A stretch of 64,000 nt of DNA from NCBI RefSeq assembly GCF_009914755.1, contig NC_060939.1; one strand, written 5' to 3'. The DNA is from the human T2T-CHM13v2.0 reference genome, Homo sapiens. This document shows positions 49,011-64,000 of the stretch, in pieces (position 1 is the first letter of the stretch; each line of letters starts with the position of its first letter). The notes beneath the pieces were generated by a model, which did no database searches, had not been told where the DNA came from, and saw only the letters and a list, made by a program, of their open reading frames with translations. A program made the translations under genes and the position numbers.

Positions 49011-49444
<434 letters not shown>

Positions 49445-51383
49445 TGAGGCCCTGTGACAGTTAAGGCAAATGTGAGAAGTCCCTGCTCGTTTTTGCCTTA
49501 TCAGTCAGAGACACTTGCCACAACCAACATGGGTGGGTGCAGCCTCAGGCCATGGGCAGCCACACACACATCCACAAACTCGCAACCTCTGGCCCAAGTC
49601 AACAACCAAACCTAAACCGCAACAGGAGTAGCCCATAGTAACCTTGAGAACTTAAGGGTGTGAGGAGAGGTGATAGGAACCACTTTGCAGCCAGAAGCAA
49701 GAAGGGGAAGACAATGCAAACTACCCCCTGAAAAGGTGTTTGGGGGGCTGCCATATGCCAGGTGGCTCCTAAGGAGCCCCAACCCTGATGCACCCACTAA
49801 AGAGGAAGCTGAGTTTCTCTTGGATCTCAGCCACCAGCAGCTGATTAGGGTGTTTTCCCTAAATGCCTAAAATAGATAAGGACTGAGCAGGGGAAAAGGT
49901 AGGACTTCTGGGGGTCAGAAGCAAACACAAGGCTGGGGGCGGTGGCTCACGCCTGTAATCCCAGCACTTTGGGAGGCCGAGGCGGGCGGATCAGGAGGTC
50001 AGGAGATCAAGACCATCCTGGCTAACACGGTGAAACCCTGTCTCTACTAAAAAATACAAAAAATTAGCCAGGCATGGTGGCAGGTGCCTGTAGTCCCAGC
50101 TACTCGGGAGGCTGAGGCAGAAGAATGGGCGTGAACCCGGGAGGCAGAGCTTGCAGTGAGCGGAGATCACACCACTGCACTCCACCCTGGGCGACAGAGC
50201 AAGACTCCGTCTCAAAAAAAAAAAAAAAAAAAGAATAGGCTCCCTGTGGCTGGAGCAAAACAGGACTGAAGGAGAGATGACACACCACCTACAAATAAAG
50301 TCAACAACTGACAGCCTAATGTCAGGGCAGAAGTGCTGTCCTGCCCAGAAAACCAGAAACCACAAGGTGGCAGGCTCTGAAGGCTCTGGAAGTGAGCAGC
50401 CAGACCTGGTACCCAGTCCGTGCTGACTGCATCCTTACAGAGGAGCTTCAGCCTCATCTAAAAAAGAGGCCCCAGACACATCTACTACAAGAACTTGTAA
50501 GGTATTTAAAACCTTTCCTAACTGCACCTTTGTTTTTTAAGAGGTTATCCAAGTAGATTTCCCCTTTAGTTATTAGAAAAAAAAAAAAACACCTTTAGAA
50601 ATCAAAGGGACAAGGATAAGTGTCATTAGATTTCGTAACCAACCTGGGTACTGATGAGGGAGACCACCCACAGGCAACCTAGAGAATGAAACTCCCAACT
50701 GCACCTGCCAGATTGAGAAAAATCAAACCAGAGTCTCCTCTGCCCAGCCAGGCCCAAATGCAAAATGGGTAGATGGTTTATCTGGAACGGGAAGCTGGAA
50801 TTGCATCATCTCCCTTTGCTAGAAGGAGGGGGAGACCCTATTTCTTGCTGAGTTGAGGGCTGCCTCAGCCAATCAGGAGTCCAAAGAGGAGTCTCTCTGC
50901 CTCCAGCACTCCCAGGGAGGGACCTAGCCCTGCTGGAGCCCAGGCATCAGCACAGAATCCCCTGGGACCTGAGCTGCGATGCTGCCATCCCTCTGGATCC
51001 TAAAGGCCCAGCTCACAAAGCCAAGAAGAGAGGTCAGGGAGCCTTGCTGCCACAAACAGAGTGAAAGATGGTAGAGCCCTGTGAGGCAGGGAGGCTCCAG
51101 GGAAGCTGGCATAGAAAGTAGACTTTAATTGCATCTCAGCCCCACTTTAAGGAACCCTCAACAATCTGAAACCCTACTGCCTGAGGCAGCTTCTGGGGCC
51201 TCAGAAGAGATTAATCACATGCCAAGGGCTACCACATTTACACCATTCTCTCTCACTTTCCACCTCCCAGACTAACCCAGCCAGCCTTTGGAGAAATCTA
51301 CCAGAGAGGAGTGACCCTTTTAACATACCCTGAGGCTTTTGAGATCTGCCAGAGACGAGCAGGGACCTTTGAAAAGGCCCTTT

Positions 51384-51805
<422 letters not shown>

Positions 51806-52559
51806 TCAGTTACACACATCTCTCCTCCTGGCAATTAAGTTTCTCTTAACCTAAACCATGTTAGAGACTGAGTATGAGGCCTTCAAAGATAACCAGGCAC
51901 ATGGACCCTGACCTTGAGATAAGACCCAACTTAATGAGGTCATAAATGCCCAAGAAGGAGTCTTCACGATGAGGCTGCAGGCAATTTCTCTTGGCTGAGA
52001 TGCCTGGGAAGGCTTGCTGGAGGAGCTGGTATTTTAGGGCAAGTTGGGTTCTGACAGAGGGAACTCAAGCTGTGTTTGGTACAATGCCCGGGGAACAAGC
52101 TCACAGAGCTGCACAGTGATTCTGCCTCTGCCACCCTCAATCTCCTGAGACCTCAAAGTTGTTATTTGGAAGAAGGAAGGAATACAGCTTTCAGTGAAAT
52201 CAAGCAGCCCATCAAATCTCAGCCCTTCATCCCTCAAAGCAGCTCTCCTTGCCCCAAGACACACATGTTCAAAGCCATTTCAGAGTTTGTAGACTCCTAG
52301 AGCTCCCCCCTTGACCTACATGGCAATGACCATGGCACAAAGAATCATTCACCACGGCCACTGCCCTAGAGAACAGCCGGCTCAACCACACAGTGTTGCA
52401 CCACCACCTGCTCTCATGCCACGGGACTGGGCATGGGACACAGCCTGAAGGCGCTATAATTAAGAAATCCACTCTTCCCCTTGCCCCATCACAGGTGTCT
52501 GGCAGCCCTGGCCTGCTCCTTGTGGCCTTGGGAGTCCCAGTGAGCACCCCTAGCAGTGA

Positions 52560-54632
<2,073 letters not shown>

Positions 54633-55442
54633 CTGATTTTAACTTCTAGTTTCCATGTACCTGCTTATAGCTAATTCCTCTGATCCAGCATAAAACTTGG
54701 CTGTTCTCTACACCAGTCTTTCCCTTAAGAAGAATAAAGGCTGGACAAGGAGAAATCGGCCTCTAGGCCTCACACAGGCTACCTGAATAACTGGAGCTAG
54801 CAGCAGATAAGGTCAGATGGGTCAGATGCTGCTACTGACATCACACTCTATCCTTGGGACCAGAGTTTCAAAGTGGTGCTAGTGGTTTAAACTCAAAACA
54901 CCCTTAGCATGACCAGACTTGGAGGAGGCTGTCCACCAGACTCCTGCCAGCTGCCCCGCCTCACAGAAAGGCCTATCGTCAGCCCTCCTGGGCCACTGAG
55001 AACTCAGGACATCCACCTCCCACCTGTAAAAATGCAAAGGATCACAGGCAAGGCTCCCCTGTGGGAAGAGGGTGACTCCCAGGGAGGAGCATGCTTCGTG
55101 CTTAGACATCTCCGTATACCAGCTCAGCCACCCAAGGAAAGGAACAAAGTCAAACAATGCTTATCAAGTCCTTGTGATAACACAGAAAAATGCCCAAATA
55201 ATATATCATAACTATGTAATAAACTAAGATAACAGATGCAAGCAATAACTGCTATTAACATCTACATTTGTCTGAATGACATAAATTGGATGGGTTTTTT
55301 GTTTCAACTCTTCTGTATTTATTATACTCTTACCTGTTCCAAAAATCATTTGCAGCAGCTTGGTTTGAATTTTCCATTGATAATACTTTTACAAAACACA
55401 ACCTGGCTGTAGCCATAACTGCCTCCAAGAGAGACAACTCAC

Positions 55443-55586
55443 CCCCCTTCACTCTCAGCATCTGTGAACGTGGCTCCCGAGGAGGCCGTGAAGTAGACAG
55501 AGCTGGAGCCAGTGGAGTCACTCCTCTCCCGGACAAACGGAAACCTTCGCCGCCGAGCCACTCTCTGGTTCTCTTCCATGTGGCAT
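55443..55586 (-). CDS. RMDN3: RMDN3 exon 4 (FFAT-like motifs VYFTASS / TFTDAES)
   Basis: tttccag|ATGCC ... GGG|gtgagt; 144 nt. Confidence 0.96.
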
Positions 55587-56002
55587 CTGGAAAGCAGGCC
55601 CCATCCCGAAGGGTACCATTAGGTCCCATCCAGCTTGTCTTTCTGCTCACCATGGGGTGCCTCTTACTACTGCTCCTCATTAAAGGGCTAAAAGCAGAGA
55701 AAATCCTAAGTCTCTAACCCTCAGGAGGGCAAGCAGGGCAGCTTCCTGGGCCCAGCCCGCACAGACAGACTAGGTTAGGCAAACAGAGCGCTTCAGCTGC
55801 TACAACAGATCAACCATGAGAGTCCAGAAGCAGCAAGGAGCATGTGCAAGGCGAGGTACCAAATGTACAGCTTCAACCCAGATTAGGCTAGAAGCTATAG
55901 AACTGGTTTATTCTTTAGAGACAGACAGCGAAGGCCAGAACACACCCCAGCTGAAAAGCTGCAGGGGAGGGATAAAGCAGGAGAAGAAGCCGCATTACTC
56001 AC

Positions 56003-56195
56003 CGGACCTCCCCAACAATCTCCCCCGCAAGCCCTCGCAGGCTGCTTCTCAGCTCCTCCACCTCCCGCCGCAGCGCCACAAGGCTGGTCAGCACAAAGTC
56101 CAGGCGGTCCAGCACCTTCTCCTGTCCTTCCCGTGGAAGGCTGGGCAGCACTGAGGCATCTCCAGCCCCACCTGGGACAGCCCGCAGGAGCATCA
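56003..56195 (-). CDS. RMDN3: RMDN3 exon 3 (coiled coil; [21 protein letters not shown])
   Basis: ttcag|TGATG ... CCG|gtgagt; 193 nt; ORF 55999..56196. Confidence 0.96.
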
Positions 56196-57863
56196 CTGAA
56201 GGGGGAAACGAATGGGAGCCAGTGACACACAGGAATATGGTGGGGAAGAGATCTCACACCCAGAATTCAAGAATACCTGCTTTCCATTGGAAGAGAAGGC
56301 CCAGTGACGCTCAGATAGCACACGTTCACAGCCAGGTCATGGTAACAAGTCTCAAGAAACTACCCAGGGATCTCTAAACGAGAGCCCTCTGCTCCAAGAA
56401 CCTTCCATACCAGGGCCCTTCAGGAATGCTGCACACCACGATAGATAATGTAACATGCTTGCCCAAGTGTGGAACCTGAAGGAGGACAGCTGTCCTGCTA
56501 GAGTTAAAAAAAAACAAAAACCTTCACCTCACCATATAGTGCCCAATACCAAGGAGTCAATACCAACCACATAGCAAAACTAAAACTAAAACTGAGCTCC
56601 CTCAAATTCTGATCTCTCACTTCACAAATAATAGTAGGGAAAACTTGGAGTTTCTCCCAGAACTTCATTTAGTATATCAGAGAAGGACTAGGAGAAAGGG
56701 GGCAGTTATTAAGAGAAAAGGTACACCAGAAAAAGCCCATCCAAACTGCCTCAGAAAGACACCGTCACTAAGCCCTGCTGACCCAACCCTAGATCTCAGA
56801 GTAAATTCCAGCAGTGAAATGCTAGCAAAGTGACAGCCACCTATGGTAACTGAACTGGAAAATGCAAAAACAAAAAAGAAACCAGAGAGGCAGGACCCTA
56901 CAATACGGCAAGCATAAATCCCTTCTTAAAGGAAATCTGGTAAAAAACTAGGCCAGGCCACAACATACATCCAATAATGCTCAAGAATGTAGTGCAAGAA
57001 AGATCCCTGGCAATGTGGCCACTTTCTTCTAATCTCAGAAGAAACACTACTGCGAAGCAATTACAAACAAAATACAAGGGAAGGAAGCACACTCCAATAC
57101 TAGATTACCACAAGATTATAAAATGCTGACAATCATTTGCAATCTAAGCTGATAGCTCTTTGAAGACTCCAAAACTAACTTTTCCAAACCATCTAACATT
57201 GGCAATCAGAGAAAACACTCATTTCCAATTAGCATGGGAGTGAGATAATGTAAACGCTCCTCTTGGCCAGGTGTGGTGGCTCACGCCTGTAATCCCAGCA
57301 CTTTAGGAGGCCGAGGCCAGGAGTTGGAGACCAGCCTGGCCAACATGGGGAAACCCCATCTTTACTAAAAATACAAAAATTAGCTGGGCATGGTGGCACG
57401 CACCTGTGATCCCAGCTACTCGGGAGGCTGAGGCACGAGAATCACTTGAACCCAGGGAGGCGGAGGTTGCAGTGAGCCAAGATCATGCCACTGCACTCCA
57501 GCCTGGGCAACAGAGCGAGACTCCATCTCAAAAAAAAGAAAAGAAAAGAAAAAAGAAAAGAAAAGAAAAAAAACACTCCTCTTGCACAAAGATGGTAGTA
57601 GTTTGAACCAGCCCTAGATCCTTTGCTCAAATGAATTGACAAATCTGCAAGAACTACTCATTTCAGCTGTACAGGCTGCCAGCCACATTCAGCTTCAATT
57701 GCATTAAGCGTGCTCCTAGCCCTATGCCGTAGAAAGTCCACTGGACCAGGTGACCAGGCCCAACCTTGCCACTTAATCTGTGACAGCCTCAGGAAAGTTA
57801 TACCATCTTTTTGAATCTTGGTTTCCTCATAGGAGGGATAAAAAGAAAAAAAAACTTGAATGA

Positions 57864-57903
57864 GATAGTTGCCAAGTTGTCTTGATAGTTGCCAAGTTGT
57901 CTT
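57864..57903. repeat. Perfect 20-bp tandem duplication (gatagttgccaagttgtctt)x2
   Basis: Read directly. Confidence 0.95.
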
Positions 57904-58073
57904 CAAATTCTAATATATGATTTAATACATAAGCCTCAAGACTTTTAATCCCTACAAGATTATTCTTTTTGCCCTCTTTTGGACTCTTCCTCTACTTATT
58001 ACACACCTCACCCAACACTAAGCAAGTGCCTTTAATACCCACATAGCACTATTGTGGCCAGAACTAAAAGTGA

Positions 58074-58504
<431 letters not shown>

Positions 58505-58619
58505 TGAAACCCTAAAGCACTTCTCTCCGTTACCCTGTCCCACAGTCTCCACCGAAAGCAGCCCAGACCTCAGGCCCATTAGTCTGCAGTGACCGCGGTC
58601 TCAGGAGACGGGCTCCTAC

Positions 58620-58806
58620 CGTGGCGTCCGGGATCTGAAGTCTGCGTATAGTCCAGGGAGTTGGGCAGGCTCTGGCTGCGGCCATGACGCTGGGTCCGTT
58701 TCCATCGCTGGCTGTAAAGGAGGCACAGGAATCCAAGGCCGGCGGCGGTACCCAGCAACAGTCCCAGCCCGGCACGGGCACCACCCAGGGCTCCCAGTCT
58801 AGACAT
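58620..58806 (-). CDS. RMDN3: RMDN3 exon 2 coding part (mitochondrial outer-membrane TM anchor)
   Basis: Acceptor ccgcag|GTG at 58813, ATG 58806, donor ACG|gtagga; 187 nt. Confidence 0.96.
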
Positions 58807-59221
58807 GCTGCACCTGCGGCCAGCAGAAGTCACCGGGAGCAGGCAGGCGGGCGGGCGGGCGGGGGTAAGGAGAGAGAGAGATTCGTGAACCCGGTAAACC
58901 CACCCTCAAGGCTGAACCCCGGCAGGTATCCCCTTGCCCAAACCCTGAGCTCTCGACTACGTGCACCCCAGTCTGAACCCTAAGGCTTCCTCCAGCCTCC
59001 TGGGCCCCACTGCCTCTCTTCTCACCCAGCCTGGACGTAGCCGCCCCTCCAGTACACCCCCCGACCCGGGTCACAGAGTCCGGCTTCTGGGCCTTCAACC
59101 CCCACCTCAGCCTCACGACACTGCAGACCACAAACCCGGCGCCCTGGCTGCAAACTCCTGGCCTTCCGCCGCGGCCCCCGAAGGCGCTCTGGCCTGGCAG
59201 GAGATCCACTCAGACCCTTAC

Positions 59222-59290
59222 CCGGCCGCCAGCCACCATGGCAGCAGCCGCCGCGGGCTCACGCTGTCAGTGACCGTGACGTCAGGCAGG
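59222..59290 (-). other. RMDN3: RMDN3 exon 1 (5'UTR)
   Basis: Donor CGG|gtaagg at 59222/59221 inside the CpG island; 5' end uncertain. Confidence 0.75.
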
Positions 59291-60014
59291 CGGCGCCAGG
59301 TGCTCGGCGCCCTGCGGGAAGGCGCAGAGAGATGACCGCGCCGGCCCCGCCCCTTGTCTGTTTCCCTCAGGGGCGGGGCCACGGGCGCCGCCGGAGGGGC
59401 GGAGTCAGCACAGAGCGCGAAAGGAAAGCAAGAAGGGGCCCAAGACAGGGGAAAGGCGGGAAGGCAGGGAGACTTCTTGGGCGGACGCTCGCGCAGTCAC
59501 CCTCACCGTCCGGCAGCCAGGCCTCCATTTCCCTCCGGTCACACCGGCTTAACTTGCTGCTCCCGGAATACGCTCAGCATATTCACACTTTCTACCTGCG
59601 CTTCTGCCTGGACCTCCCCTCTGTACCTGGAAAACGTCACGCTCTCCCCACATTTTATTTTTATTTTTATTTTGTAGAGACTGGGTCCCGCTCTCCTGGT
59701 CTCTCAAAGTGCGATCCGCCCGCCTCGGGCTCCCAAAGTGCGTGAGCCGCCGCACCCGGCCATAAATCTTAAACCTAACGTGCTGTCTTATAATTCTGTT
59801 TTACTCTTGTAATTGTATGCAACTTCTTATAATTGTGGCAACTAAAAAGACCGATTTTATGGACTATGATAACAATTTTATTGTGAACATTTCTTAAGAG
59901 TTAAAATTTAGTTTAGTGAAAGAAATATCTAGGCCAGTCCTCCCAATACCCTTGACTAGATCTTATATTTATTTACCCTTTAATTGTGAGATATTGTATA
60001 CATATAAGAATACA

Positions 60015-64000
<3,986 letters not shown>

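Larger units (their letters stand above)
58560..59760. promoter_or_regulatory. RMDN3: CpG island / RMDN3 promoter
   Basis: Marked GC and CpG enrichment; palindromic CRE TGACGTCA at 59277-59284; GC boxes at ~59343-59352, 59370-59379, 59396-59405. Confidence 0.9.

Noticed and set aside
51909-51917. ERR/NR5A-type element TGACCTTGA in RMDN3 intron 4
   Set aside because: A single 9-mer is expected by chance in 64 kb; no supporting context.
59232-59273. Perfect Kozak GCCACCATGG on the + strand in the CpG island
   Set aside because: Opens only an 11-codon ORF (MAAAAAGSRCQ*). It is the mirror of the CCATGG palindrome of the minus-strand uATG.
58530-59755. Several long overlapping ORFs in the CpG island
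   Set aside because: Expected from stop-codon scarcity in GC-rich DNA; only RMDN3 exon 2 has a coherent protein.

Overview
Human (primate) genomic DNA, recognisable as the RAD51-RMDN3 locus (15q15.1). RAD51 lies on the + strand: coding exons 2-10 (ATG 2443, stop 34873) join to 1020 nt / 339 aa, and exon 1 lies upstream of the window. RMDN3 (PTPIP51/FAM82A2) lies convergently on the - strand and is complete, running from a CpG-island promoter (~59.3 kb) to a poly(A) signal at ~39.6 kb, with 1413 nt / 470 aa. The introns are extremely Alu-rich and also carry old L1, L2, MIR, MER2 and MER5 relics, so nearly all entries in the ORF track are Alu artefacts. The most unusual structure is a ~0.5 kb diverged INVERTED duplication of RMDN3 exon 10 with its flanking introns, sitting in the RAD51-RMDN3 intergenic gap (38.1-38.6 kb). 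Other notable observations: an in-frame Alu exon that can replace RAD51 exon 4; a strong-Kozak uORF overlapping the RMDN3 start; a chimeric trimeric Alu built by a young AluYb8; a perfect RFX X-box in RAD51 intron 5; and a speculative series of antisense exon-like segments in the same intron. Repeat boundaries and subfamily calls were made by eye and are approximate.
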